A DNA stretch of 64,000 nt, taken from assembly GCF_020745735.1 (NCBI RefSeq), contig NC_083401.1:94423740-94487739 (forward strand), in the 5' to 3' direction. This document shows, piece by piece, positions 26,701 to 41,700 of the stretch. Under the pieces are notes generated by a model. It saw only the letters and a list, made by a program, of their open reading frames with translations, made no database searches and was not told where the DNA came from. Numbering within the stretch: the first letter of the stretch is position 1; each line of letters opens with the position of its first letter. A program made the position numbers and the translations under genes. The stretch comes from Hemiscyllium ocellatum (taxonomy: Eukaryota).

Positions 26701-29700
26701 GTGGATGTAGAAAGGATGTTTTAAATAGGGGTCTTTATTTACAAATAAGCAGTCACCCATTTGAGGGATAAAGATGAGGAGAATTTTTTTCTCATTCAGT
26801 ATTGTGTGTCAATGGAACTCTCTTCCTCAAAAGGTAGTGAAAGCAGAGTCTTTGAATAATTTAAGGCAGAGGTAGATGGATTCGTCATAAGCAAAGAAGT
26901 GAAAAATTATTAGGGGACCACAATTTGAGGTTACAGTGAAATTAGCCATGATCTTATTGAATGATGGAGCAGAGTCAAGGGGCCAAATTATCTACTCCTA
27001 ATGTGTAAGCTGTATTTACTTATTTTTGAAATTTTTTTATTGAAGATACAATCACTTCTACGTAAGACTCGAGCATTTCAAGTTATGCCCTACATTATGC
27101 AGTTGGAGATTTGCCAAGCAGCAGTTTATCAACAGTAAGTGACAGGTTTGCAGAAGTACAACAATATTACTTCATAATATATTTGTCAATATTATTATCT
27201 ATTTAATCCATTATCATCACTTTTTTGAGAGAATAAAGTTCAACTATGGGTAAAAGAGCTGAAAAAATGTGTTGCTGGAAAAGCGCAGCAGGTCAGGCAG
27301 CATCCAAGGAGCAGGAGAATCGACGTTTCGGGCATGAGCCCTTCTTCAGGCTTATGCCTGAAACGTCGATTCTCCTGTTCCTTGGATGCTGGCTGACCTG
27401 CTGCGCTTTTCCAGCAACACATTTTCAGCTCTGATCTCCAGCATCTGCAGTCCTCACTTTCTCCTCTATGGGTAAAAGAGCCAAAAATGAAGTGTGGCTA
27501 GTTTGTGTCCTACAAAGATGCTGCCAACACCTTAAAAAGCATTGATTTACTTTTAAAAATCTGCTAATTATTTGTAAAAATACCTGTAGCAATGAAGTAA
27601 TGATTGAGAACTGTCTCCTCTGATGGCTGAGGGATCTTATCTGCTGAGTTTAGGTGAGTCAAGGGTCCAAGGTGAGTGTTGTGGCTATCACTAGTGAGAA
27701 TGTGCTGGGAAAGCTGAAAGGTCTGAAGGTGGATATATCACCCGGACGAAAGGGAACACACCTGGGAGTTCTGAATGAGATAACTGAAGAGATTGTAAAC
27801 GCATTGGTGGTGATCTTTCAGGAATCATTGGAGGCAAGAAGGATCCCAGACAGCCGATAAATGGTTAATGTAGCACCCCTATTTAAGAGGGGAGGGTGGT
27901 ATAAGGGAAGGAATTATAGACCAGTTGGCCTGACCTTGATGGTTGGTAAGATTTTACAATATGTTATTAAGGATCAGATTGCAAAGTCTATGGTAAAGTA
28001 AGATGGAGTCAGAACAGCTTCATCAATGGGAGGTCATGCCTGTCAAATCTTAGAATTCCTTGAAGAGGTAATGAGCAAGTTAGACAAAGGCAGTGAATAT
28101 AATCTGTTTGGATTTACAGAAGATCTTTGACAAGGTGCCACACAGGAGACTGTTAAATAAAATAAGAGCCCATGGTGTTAGGGCAAGGTACTGGCATGGA
28201 TAGAGGATTGGCTGACTGGCAGTAGACAGAGAGTAGAGATAAAGGTTTTTTTTACAGGATGGTAGCTGGTAATTAGTGGAGTTGTGCAGGGGTCAGTGTA
28301 ACACAACTATTCACATCATACCTTAATGATTTGGACAAAGCAACAATGCCCTCTGTTCCTAAGTTTGCAGATGATGTAAAGATAGATGGAGGGGGGTGGG
28401 GAGCAAGTAATGTTGAGGAAGCAAGGAGGCTGCAGAAAAACTTGGACAGGCTAGGTGAGTGGGCAAAGAAGTGGCAGATGGGCAAAATATTGGAAATGTG
28501 CAATTACAAACATTGGAAGGAAGAATAGAGGCACATGCTGTTTTCTAAATGGGGAAAGACTTCAGAAATCTGAAGCACAAAGGGACTTGAGAGTCCTAGT
28601 TCAGGACTTCTCTTAAGGTTAACATTCAAGTTCAATTGGCAGTTAAGATGACAAATGCAATTGCTAGCATTCAGTTCAAGGGGGCTAGAATACAAGAGCA
28701 GAGACGTACTGCTGAGGCTGTATAAAGCTCTGATCAGGAAAAAGTGAGAACAGCAGATGTTGGCGATCAGAGTTGAGAGCATGGTGCTGGAAAAACACAG
28801 CTGGTCAGGCAGCATCCGAGAAGAAGGAAAATTGACATTTCAGACATAAGCCCTTCATCAAGAATGATTCCTGATGCAGGGCTTTTGCCCGAAATATTGA
28901 TTCTGCTGCTCCTCGGATGCTGCTTGACCAACTGTGCTTTTCCAGTACCACACTTGACTCTAAAGCTCTGCTCAGACCGTATTTGAAATATTGTGAGCAG
29001 TTAGGAGGGGTCTCATTGAAACTTACAGAATACTGAGAGACATGGACAGAACAGATATGAAGAGGTTGTTTTCACTAGTAGAAGAGACTAGGACCTGTGG
29101 GCACATTCTCAGACTCTTTCGAACTGAGATGAGAAGGAATTTCTTCAGCCAGAGGAAGTGAATCTATGGAACTCATTGTCGCAGAAGGCTGTGGAGGCCA
29201 AGTCATTGAGTGTATTTGAAACAAAAATAGCCAGTTTCTTGATTAGTAAGAGGATCAAGGATTATGAACAGGAAGCAGGAGAAAGGAGTTGAGAAACATA
29301 TCAGCCATGATTGAAAGCAGAGTAGGCTTGTTTACCTTTGATTCTAGCATCTGCAGATTATTTGTCTCTAGCAATGATTGAATAGCAGACCAGGTTCAAT
29401 GGGCCAAATGGCCTATATGGTCATTTGCAATAGATGAGCCATAAGGACAAGTTTTCTAGTTTGAAATCTAATCTTCAGGCTAAAATAGTTGACATTATTC
29501 AGGGATTCAATAACCTGGCTTAGGAAGGCAAAACATAGCCTAGGCTCCTCTTTCTGGTTATCAATCATTGAGCTCAGCTAAAAATTTAGTAGCGACAAGA
29601 TTGAACTTAGCTGTTTCCCTCCATTGCCTCCAAAGTTGAATGGGATGCCAATGATCACTGCCATGGTTTTGATTAATATTGACCATTTGAGTGAAACATT

Positions 29701-32700
29701 GAGGATGACTGACACTGTGGAGTAATTTAAATCTGTAATCCAACCACATGCTCCAGATCATAATTGTAATCTGTACTTAACATTCCATTATATGTTACCA
29801 CATATTATGTATGATCATATTATTGCCATAATGAAATATTGAGTAAACTTGCTACCATAAGCATACTGGGTTTTGCTGGAATGTTATAAGATCATACAAC
29901 TTGATAAAATCATAAAGCTTCCCTATTTATTTTATGTTAAGGTGACTTTCTTTCATATCACTATTTTGATTTATTGTAAGGGATAGTAAAAAGGTTATGG
30001 ATGAAACAGTCAATGCCTTTGCCAAAAACCAGTGTCAGAACTAGTGATTTTAATGTGGTCACCTAGCTGGACTTCACAGAATCTGAGTTCCATGATTGAG
30101 TTGTTAATCTGGTCAGGGATTCCTGGCTGACAGATATAAACAGAAGTGTCCCTTTTGATATGAAGGGCACTGCTAGTCACAGGCCACTCGGGTGTTTCCT
30201 TTCTTCCTGGTGGTGGAAATTTGAATAAAGATTCAAGCACCTTGTGTCTTTCACTGTGTCTCACACTTGCACACACACACACCATGGGTGTTATGGAAAA
30301 AATAAACACCACCGCAGTTAGGCAGTAGTGTGGGGGTAAAAAGGGAAAAAAAAATAAATAGGAGTGTCTGGCAATCTGAGAGTTGATTCTAAAGAGACAG
30401 TACTAAAGTCAGGAACTGATTATGACTGATCATAACTAACGGGTGACTTGGTGGTAGGATACCTGCCTCAAGAACCATGGTTCAGTAATATATGAAGGGT
30501 GCACATACTTTGAGCCACCTTCAGACTCCTGCGACTTTTACAGTTTATTTTATCTAACGAGGTCTTTGAATAAGTTATGTCCTACTTAGACTTTGGTTGG
30601 ATAGGATTGTTTGATGTGTGACATGGTGGCTCAGTGATTAGCATTGCTGCCTTACAGTGCCAGGGAGCTGGGTTTGATTCTAGCCTTGGGCACTGTATCT
30701 GTGGAGTTTGCATCTTCTTCCCATGTCTGTGTGGGTTTTCAGCTTCCTCCCACAGTCCAAAGATGAGCAGCTTAGGTGGGTTGGCCATGCTAAATCATCC
30801 ATTGTGTCCAGGGATGTGTACGTTAGGTGTGTTAACTGTGGGAAATATAGGGAAAGGGTAGGGGGATGGGTCTGGTGGAATGCTGTATGGAGGGTTGGTG
30901 TGGACTTGTTGGTCTGAATAGCCTGTTCTCACACTGTTGGGATTCTATCTCTCTAAATTGTAGGTTTAATTCAATGTCTATAGATAAAGAAATATACTAA
31001 CTTTTGTTTCCTTATGATTTCCAATCGAGCACATAAGAAGCTGAAACTAAAATGCGTTATTGAAGTATTCAGTATCTGCCCTCTATTTAGATATGAAGCA
31101 AAAACAATAGTACTACGAAAAGGCCACCAATCTGAAGCATGTTATTTTGTACTCACTGGTGAACTAATCGCTACATTGAGTGATAGCTGTTCAGAAAATC
31201 GAAATCACCTCACTGGAGTGGTGAATGAAATTCAGGAAGGCGATTTGTTCGGGGTAAGATTCTTTGCATAAAAAAAATTCTTCTGAAAATTCTTAAATCA
31301 ATTCATGCCTTATTTCTTTGCTGCTTACTGTCAGTTGTCATGTTTTTGTCACACTTGTATGTGTCAATTCTTTCCCTCCGTAAATTCTTAAGGCCACATT
31401 TAAAATGGGTTTTGCCTGTGTAGACTTATTATTTCATTTCCAAAGTCTGGCTATTAGTTTGAATGCATTTTGAAAATATTTTCACATAACTGTTCGACAA
31501 TAGTTTAGATCGAAATATCCGAAGTAAGGTTAAAGAAAACATATAAAAAGCAATTTCCCTGTAAATTGACAACATAACTTTGACCATTGTAAATAGGGCA
31601 TAAGAAATAATAAAGAGAGCACAAAATATAAACAATAAAGTATGCACATTTATAATGACCTTCTGAATCATTTTCTGGTCCAAATATCCTCTGACATCTA
31701 AGCTCATTTCAGGCAAAGTTTACACTTTAAGTGGAATTTGCTGCTTGGGCTGATGGGTCCAAATACTGGCTGGGAAGTCGATGGTAACTCAGCTACACCT
31801 CCCTGGCACAATTTAGTGCTGCTCAAGCATTTATCTTTTTGGACCTAGTTAAGGTCCTCATTGCCCTCATGAGGCATTTCTCGCCCCTGAGGGCTATCCA
31901 GTGCAGACAGCTGTCCAGTCCTGTCAGTGCTGCCAAGAGTGGGGGTCAAATATTCAGACTCTGGAAAACCCAAGCAAAGGATCAGTACTAGGACGCAAGG
32001 GATAAGGTAAATCGAGTAGGTTTACTAGCGATAGAGAGGGAGGCTCCGGTGAGGAGGGTGGTAAGTATTGGAATATTCAGATCAGGCTTTTGACAGGTTC
32101 CTGCATTTTGCAAGGGATACCAAATAGAAGCAGCATCCTACATCAGATAACAAGACGTTGGCCAGCATTTAATGTGAGCATTGTTGGGTTGTGGCCCTCA
32201 GGACCTGAAGTGCTTTTTGAATAGAAAAGCTGTCTTTCAGCCTTCTGGCCTGGCATTAATCAAGGTGAGTTGGGAAGGTATGAAAGTCTGCATCCACACC
32301 TTCCTGCCCAACTAAACAGTGTCACAACATGCAACATGGGAGAGTAGGGGGGTATAAGCTTCCACCATTTATCTATAACGCTGAGGAAAAATTAATGCAA
32401 AGAATAGAAACAGTTTGTCAATGTAATAGCTGATGGTTTAAGCCTTTTCTAAATTTTTATAAATACTTATTTTACAGGATGCTGCACTTTTAACTAACAC
32501 AAAGCGGCCCGCTACAATTTTTTGCAAGACTAATACAGAACTCTTGCTGTTAAACAAGGAGGTGTGTGCTGGATCTGGTGAGCTATAGTAACCAAGGAAT
32601 GGCAATGAGTCAAAACCATGATATCATTGTCAGTAACCCTTTGTTAAAAATCATATTGAATGATTGAAGTTTTTTTAACTGAAAATATGCATCATATCTG

Positions 32701-35700
32701 AAGTTGACAAGAATGATATCTGATGTTTTTGTAATGAATTAGGCTGAAGATAAGATCTGGTTTCCAGGAGACTTCGAACAACAGACATAAACACTCACTC
32801 CGTCAAAGTAACACATATATTAGTCATAGAGTCATAGAGCATGGAAACAGACCCTTCAGTTCAACCAGTCCACACCAAACATGCTCCCAAATGAACTAGT
32901 CCCACCTGCCTGCACTTAGTCCATATCCCTCCAAACCTTTCCCATTCATGTACTTATCCAAATGTCTTTTAAACACTGTAACTATATCTGCATTCACCAC
33001 TTCCCCTGGCAGTTCATTCCATATACAAACCACTCTCTCTGTAAAAACAAGTCATTCCTCATGTTCTTCTTAAATCTTTCTCCTCTCATCTTAAAAATAT
33101 GACTTCTAGTTTTGAACTCCCTTTGCTAGGAAAAAGACTCTTGTGATTCACCTTATCTATGGCCCTCATGATTTTTATGACCCTCAACCTCCTGCGCTCC
33201 AGTGAAAGAAATCTCACCCTATCCAACCTATTTTTATATCTCAAACACTCCATTCCTGGCACCTTCCTGGTAAATCTTTCTGAACCCTCTAGTTTAATAA
33301 TATCCTTCCTACAACAGGGTGACCAGAACTAGATACAGTACTCATGAAGAGGCCTCACTAATGTTTTGTACAACCTCAACATCACATCCCAATTCTTTAA
33401 AGAAATGTGTATGTTCTCCACAGCATCGATTATTATAAGGCCTGATGGCTGGAATTTTTATGGAGACTACAAATTATTTCTCAATTAAAAATGCAACAAT
33501 AATCTCACATGTTAATTCTTCAGTTTGAACACCAAGAAAAACAATAAATAGCTAATGTCAGAGGTGCAGGAATACAGGAAAATAGTTTGTATTCTAAGAG
33601 AATACCTAGGTCCATAAAGTGTCCATTTCCTCTGAGCTCTACTTCTTCATTGGCTGCAAGTTCAATGGAAATTAATCTACACACTTAACTTGGATTTAGG
33701 ATAAATGTTCAGTGGCAGTGTAGGAGAAATGGTTTCCTCAAATATAATTTCAAGGATTGCACTCCAAATTGGCAAAACCATTAAAGTACAGATAAGCATG
33801 ATGCTTATAGCTAGATATCATGTAACACAGAAACATTTTCCTATGCTTGCATACGCTGGATTCCAAATATGAAGAAAATCTTGCAAGTATTGATGAAAAA
33901 TATTGTTTGGATTTCCTTCAATGATCATTGCCACTACTGGCTTGCTATATTTGAGAATTTTCAAGCCAAATTTGTAAAGTTTTCTAGATGCAGTATATTT
34001 GATTCATCCACAAAACCAGATTAACACAACATGATGCAGAATTGTAGGTAAGAATCATAGAAAGGGAAACTCATCAAAAGGATCCCAACAATAAGAATTC
34101 TAAAGCAGACAACTGGTCTATAAGGCTATGTGTGAGATTAACGGTACAAGTTATATAGTTATTTAAAGCCTTGTTTTCTTCATTCTTTATTTTCAATTCT
34201 CAGGATTTTGAATCTATACTGGCCGGATTTCTCCAGCAGCGCTACAGTGCAATCACTGAATTACTAAGGTAGTGTTTAATTTTTATTCAATAAAAGTGTT
34301 ATGCAATTGAGCCATACATTGGACTGCAGGTGGTCAGTTAACTGAATGATTGATTTTTCAATGTTGAGTAATGCTAGCAGCATGGGTTCAATTCCTGCAC
34401 CAGCTGAGGTTACCAGTGAGGGATTCTGCTTTTCAATCTCTCAACTCACTTAAGTCAGCAGGTTTGGCAGCAACTGGAGAGATAAACAAGTCAGCAATTC
34501 AAGTCAATAAGATTGGAAATAAAAAAAGTGGTTGTGATTTCTTGAGATCAATCAGTTTAGGTACAAATATCTTCAGTTGCTTTAACAATTATTTTCCTTT
34601 CTTCATAATTTCAGAAGGAGGAATGTTTCCTGATATTTGCTCCAGGGGAGGCATAGTATTTTCATTGGACTGTTAATCCAGAGAGCCATGTAATGTTCTG
34701 ATGACCCAGGTTCAAATCCCACATGGCAGATGCTGGAATTTGAATTCAATGAAAAAAAACTTGTAGTTAAGAGTCTAACGGTGATCATGAATCAATTGCC
34801 AATTGTGGGGAAAACCCATCGGGTTCACTAATGTCCTTTAGAGAAGGGAACTGCCATTTTTACCTAGTCTGGCCTACATATGACTCCAGATCAAAAGCAA
34901 TGTGGTTGACTCTTAACAGTCCTTTGAGTGATTAGGAATGGGCAATAAATGCTGGCCTAGCTAGTGATGCCCTCAAACCATGAATGAATTTTAAAAAAAT
35001 GTTTACTGCCACTTCTGACTCATGAGGCACTGATCAGTTCATGCTAAATGCAGCAGGAACTGTACAATATCCAGTCATTGGTTGATCAGTGACAAATAGC
35101 ATTTGTGCCACACAATGACCAACTTCAACAAGAGAAAACTAACCCATCTTTCCTTGACATTCAGTAGCATTACTATTGCTAAGTCTTGCACTATCAACAT
35201 CTTGGGGTGACTATAGTCCAGAAACTGAACTGCACTAGCCACATAGACATTAGGGCTACAAGAGCAAGTCAGAGTCTAGGGGTTCAGTAGTAAATAACTT
35301 ATCTCATGACTTCCCAAATTCTGTCCACCATCTGCAAGGTATGTGGGAATGTGATGGAAAATTCCCCACTTTCCTGGATGAGTGCAGCTCCAATAACACT
35401 CAAAAGCCTCAACAAACCTCCTTTGACAGCACCTTCCAAAGCTGTGATTTCTATCACCTCGAAGGACAGAGATAGCAGATGAAGGGAACACCACTACATG
35501 CAAGTTCCCTACCAAGTTGCACACCATCCTGACTTGGAACTATATCACATTGTCACTGAACAAAAATTCTGGAACTCATTAAGGGAACGGTAAATGACCG
35601 TACCCACCTCATCCACTTCACCCTCAGTGGTTTAAAGGAATTAGTTCACCACCATTTTCTCCAGGGCAATTAAGGATGGGCAAAAAATGTTAGCCTGGCC

Positions 35701-38700
35701 AATGATGCCCACAAACCATGAACAAATTAAATAAAATGTTCTCAATAAATTGTGGAGCAGGCCCCAGGGATTGAAGCTGAAAATGTGTTGCTGGTTAAAG
35801 CACAGCAGGTCAGGCAGCATCCAGGGAACAGGGAATTCGACGTTTCGGGCAAAAGCCCTTTGTCGAATTCCCTGTTCCCTGGATGCTGCCTGACCTGCTG
35901 TGCTTTAACCAGCAACACATTTTTCAGCTCTGATCTCCAGCATCTGCAGACCTCACTTTTTACCCAGGGATTGAATACCTATCCCTTATCCTAATTATTC
36001 TGTTTCAGTGTGTGTATGATCATGTGTATGATAATTATATTATAATTCATTGCCTCTGCACCAATTAAAGCCTTCAGGAAGGTGCTTTTGGGCAAGAGAA
36101 AGGGATGCAATACTTGAGGATGGATGTTTGAAGCTAGGGTGATGACCCACATTCTTGCTCCAGTTGCAAAGTGGATCCGATGATCAAGATCAGTAATAGA
36201 TGAGATTTTCACAACTCCCCAAAAGCTGTCCAGTTTTTCCTGACATCTGTAAAGCATGCAGCACCAAGGGTATGCATATGCAGGTAATCTAGTTCCCAAA
36301 CAGGTAACCAACAAAATAGCACAACACTACCACACCAACAACAAAGGAAGTGTTAAGAATGTATCAAATACAGACACATCATTTAAGGTACAGAGTGAAG
36401 AAGTCAAAAGGCAAATTTAAGCAGATGACCAGGCTTCCCAAAATCTTCTGCCCAGGAGAATACAAAACCCAGCAATGGCAGGACTAGCAGTGTGCTCAGA
36501 TCTTGATGTGGTCTCATTTCATGATATTCAAGCCACATCCAAGAGGGTAGAACAGACCATTCATGACTTAAGGTAGATAGAATAGTGAAGAAGGCTTTTG
36601 GTATTCTTTCCTTTATTGGTCAGAGTATTGAGTACAGGAATTGGGAGGTCATTTTGCGGCTGTACAGGACATTGGTTGGGCCACTGTTGGAATATTGCAT
36701 GTAATTTTGGTCTCCTTTTTATCGAGAAGGTGTTGTGAAACTTGAAAGGGTTCAGAAAAGATTTACAAGGATGTTGCCAGGGTTGGAGGATTTGAGCTAC
36801 AGGGAGAGGTTGAATAGGCTAGGGCTGTTTTCCCTGGAACATCGGAGGCTGTGGGGTGACTTTATAGAGGTTTATAAAATCATGAGGGGCATGGATAGGA
36901 TAAATAGACAAAGAATTTTCCCTGGAGCAGGGAAGTTCAGACTAGAGGGCCTAGGTTTAGGGTGAAAGGAGAAAGATATAAAAGAAACCTAAGGGGCAAA
37001 GTTTTCACTCAGGAGAGTGGTACATATATGGAATGAGCTGCCGGAGGAAGTAGTAGAGAATAGTATAATTGCAACATTTAAAAGGCATTTGGATGGGTAT
37101 ATGAATAGGAAGGGTTTGGAGAGATATGGGCCAGGTGCTGGCAGGTGGGACTAGATTGGGTTGGGATATCTGGTCAGCATGGATGGGTTGGACGGAGGGG
37201 CCTGTTTCCGTGCTGTAAATCTCTATGACTCTATGACTCGAATACAATCAGTCAGTGATCTCAAATATGATTTGACACAATCATCAATTTTAAGAGTTAA
37301 TCAATATTCCATCTTAAGGATGTTACAATCTTGCTGTCTCATTTCTTGATCAGTCAAGAAAGTGCAGCATTTAAATCAGGAGACGTTTTGAGAGAAACTT
37401 AATAAGGTGGAGGAACACGATATAATTTAGAGGGTCAACCATCACACAGAATGGTGTAGCTCCAACTCACGTGTCTTAAAGAAAGATAGCACCATAAGAG
37501 GATGCCTGATCCATGACAACTTGAACTTTCACTGAAAAGGTGCCCAAAGAAAACACTGATGCCTGGGAAGCTGACTCCTAAGTTTTCCACAACAAGATTC
37601 TTTGCAAAGTTGATACACATTTCCATTTAACAGGAGAATTGCCAGAACTCAAAAAAATCTATGATGCCATTTGGACAGTGCTGTTTCTGATGGGTACTAT
37701 TTGGGTGATCAGTTCACCAAGCCATATTCGAGGAGACCTGGATGGATTATTGAAGATACACCTGGTTTTGGTTACGTTGCTAATAACATTATGATCATGG
37801 GTAAGACAAAGGAAATCATGACCACCAAAAGTAAAATTCTGATGAATGCCAAGACATGGATCAGCATTTAACAACATGAAATTTCAGCCAGCTAAACTTC
37901 TTCAGGGCCATGTACTCCACCCATGGAAGTTCTCTTGATTCAGATAAGATATACTAAACAAATATCATCTCCACTGAATAAATAAGATTTGTAATCTTGT
38001 TTAAGATTTTCTAACTTTCTCTTCTCATATCTTCCTAAATTCACAAACAAGATATCCTTGCTACGAGATTTTCACAGGCAGGGTGCCTTTTATATGCAGC
38101 ATAACACTATCAATATATCTTCAATGTTTTTAAAAAGTTTCTGCCAGCAAAATATTGCCTCCTGTAATGCTAAACCTTGAGGAAATTACAATTCTTGATG
38201 TAGATGCATCATCAAAAGGCTGAAATGTATGCCTTTTTCAAGATGAAAAAAAACCTATTGCCTTTGGTTCAAAAACCCTGTCATCTTCACAAGCCAACTA
38301 TTTCAATATTGGGTGTAAGACATCAGCTTTGATATTTAACATCATGCAAGTTCATACTTATTTGGCAAGAATAATAGTTGAATCTATTATTAGCCATTAA
38401 TGATGACATGCTACACGCCACTCATGAATGTAGCATTAGGTTTATAACATCTACCTGTCAAGGGGGAGCAAGGGATACACCAGAAACTGCAGGCCAGTCA
38501 GTCTAACCTCAGTGACGGTGAAATCATTGGAAGCAATTCTGAGGGACGGAAGTAATCTGCATTTGGAGAGAGAGGGATGAATCAAAAACAGTCCACATGG
38601 TTTTATTCAGGAGAGATCATGTCTGACTAGCTTGATTGAATTTTTTGAAAAGATGACAATGCTTTTGACATAGTCTACTTGGACTTCAAAAAAGCTTTTG

Positions 38701-41700
38701 CTAAGATTCTACTTGGGAGGCTGATTGCAAAGCTAAAAGCCAATGGGATTTAAGGAAATTTGGCAAAGTGAATCTGCAAATAGCTGAATGGCAGGAAACA
38801 GAGGGTAAAGGTTGAGAGATGGTTTTCTGACTGGAAGTCTGTGTCCAGTGGGATCCCACAAGAGTCAGTGTTAAGGACCTTGCTGATTTGATTTATATAA
38901 ATGATTCAGACTGGAATGTAGAAGTTTTTCATTAGTAAGCATATGATACAAAATTTAGTAGGATGTTAAATAATGAGAAGGATAATCTTAGATTACAAGA
39001 TGGGTTGGCCAGATGGGCTGATCAGGAGCAAATGGATGACAATGAAATACATGATGAATGGTAAGACCTGGAAATCACTGAGGTTCAGAGAGATTTTGAT
39101 GGGTGTGTCCCTTAAGATATTAGGACAGATGGCAAAAGCAATTAAGAAGGCATGTGATATAATTGCCTTTATTAATTGAGCATATAGTTTAAGAGCTGGG
39201 ACGTCATACTGGAACTGTATAACATAGTGGCTAGGCCATTGCGTGCAATTCTGGAATCCACACTAAAAGAGAGATGTGATAGCACTGGGAGGGTGCAGGG
39301 TAAATTTAGTTTAGATGTTCCCTGAGCTGGAGAGTTTCAGTTATGAAGAAAGATTGGATAGATTGGGGTTGTTTTCCTCAGAGCAAATGAGACTGAGAAG
39401 GGACACGATTGAGATGTATTGAATAATGAGGGGGACAAATAGGATAGACAGGAAAAAACGTTTCCTCTTGATCGAGGGATCAATGACTGGGGGTGGGGGG
39501 TGGTGCAGAGGTTTGAGGTAAGGTACAGAAAGTTTTAATGAGATGTGAGGAAAAATATTTTCACCCAGAGGTTGGCAGGAATCTGGAACCCACTGTCTTT
39601 AAGGGTGGTAAAGGCAGAATCCCTCATAAGTGCTAGAAGATTGGATTGAAATGATTAGGTGCTTGTTTCTGACCAGCTTGTAGACCTTTATAACTCTAAG
39701 GTGCAAGGATATGCTTTTGAAGTGAGATATAAGCCAGATACCAGGATGTTTTCCATGCTGAGCAAAACCCGCAACCCACTTAAAGATGTGGATATTCCTC
39801 TTGATCTACTTACTAAGGTCCAGATTATGAAGTCGAAGATGTTCTCAATGTTAATCTGTAACATTTTGGTGAGAGTCAGTGCAAACAGTTGCAATTGATA
39901 ACTGCTGAACAAGAGATGCAAAAGGTCGTTAATCATACTTAACATACTTAAAGAAGTAACTGAAAAGATTTGGCTACATAGAAGTGAATTTGGTGTATCT
40001 TCAAGGAAAAATGAGTCTTAATTTCAAAAGCATTATGCCAAACTATCATGACTATGTTACAATAGGATTACATGGATATTGACTATCTAAGTTGCCCAGC
40101 ACAGTAGGTTTATGTACTGGCTCAGGATAAATTGTGAATACATATGAGGCATGCCAGTTGAGTCACCTCCAGCAGTGGAGGGAACTTCTACATCGACCTG
40201 ATGTTCTCTTTGCTTTTTGGACAAAAATAACAATGGCAGTGCACAAAGAAGACTACAACTTATGATATTTTACTTTTCCAAGTTTGCTATTGTTCGATGT
40301 CTTAGCAATACAATGAGCGTGACCTGTTTCTGCAAAATGAAAACTATTTTGAGTTCATTTTATATCCACAAATAGATAGTGTCCAACAATGGACCGCAAT
40401 TGACTGGTAAACAATTTCAAAGTGTATATTAAGTGGGAAACTATCCATATCTCATACACTGCACTAAGTACATTCGGACTAGCAGAACATATGGTATATA
40501 TGATTAAATCAAAGGTCATTAAGCATCAAGCAAAAAAACCCCAACATTTTCACCCAAGGACAACTTTTGCTCAGAAGACAAGTGTGAATGACCATGCCCA
40601 CCAACTAGATGTCTAATTATTCTGAAGCACACGATACGCTTCTTCAAAGTCAGAGAAGAATGGAAAAGATATAAGACAAGCTAGCAGATAGAGAGCTATA
40701 GTAACTGTGCACTGGGCAGAGAATACAAGCTAGAAATACAATTAAACACTCTTGCATTCCAGCAAAGGTTTACTGGTCTTTGCATACCAGCCCAGATCAT
40801 ATAGTCATTACTGATCATGGTGCTGCACTGTGAAAGAATAGGAGTCAATTTCATCCAAAGAGCAACATACCAATCATACATGAAGAAAATGAATAAGAAT
40901 AATCTTGAGTGACAACAAACAGCAATAAATCAACCAAGTTGCCAATAAAGTGTGTCAAAGAACGATGTCCAACCGATTTGATTAACTTGATTTGATTTAT
41001 GTATTTTCACATGTATTTAGTTACAAAATACAGTGAAAAGTGTCTGACAGTGTCACCACTCTCTGGCACCATCTTAAAACATGGAAAAATGCTGTAAAAC
41101 TAATATAGAGTATAAAGGCAAAAGAATAAAGAAATAGTGTTCACCTTTACAGTCCTTTGTGTTAAATGCTCTGCCATGGGCCATGGTGACCAAACACAAG
41201 ACCCTTTGCAATCTCACTGGAATTAAAGTTGCTACTCTTCTGCATCATCGCACTTCTACACTCGCCTTCACACTCACCTCCACTGCAGCAGCCACGAGTT
41301 GGCACTAGGACCACCTCGTCGATGCAAATGCTGCCGGGAACCCAAACTCTCTCCGACTGTGCCTCCATAAATCCATGCTGGGTGCACTCATCACCTGCCA
41401 TAAGTCTGCTCTGGGCCCACTCCATGACGACATGAATCTGCATTGGCCTATCTGCCATCGCCAATGCTATCACCAGGACGGAGCTCTTCAAAAAAGAGGT
41501 AAATAAAACAAAAAAAAAGAAAAGAAACAATGAAAGACAAGAAACAAAAGGAAAAGTGGATGAAGTGGATTAGCCCCAGGCTCAGAAGTCCTACTCTACT
41601 ACTATTTCACTGCAAGATCTGCAACTCCCCAGATAGCAATATGTTCACAAGATTAAGATGATTTGCAAAGCCTACAAAGCATTATGTAAAAGTTTCAAAT

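Larger units (their letters stand above)
23790..27000 (+). mobile_element. Old CR1 (+) split by a younger CR1 (-) at 24705-26490
   Basis: Decayed RT (DFQKAF-like) at 23790-24700, resuming at ~26490-27000. Confidence 0.75.

Noticed and set aside
31014-31271. 85-aa ORF as a single-exon gene
   Set aside because: Only 31091-31253 is exonic; the ATG and stop lie in flanking intron
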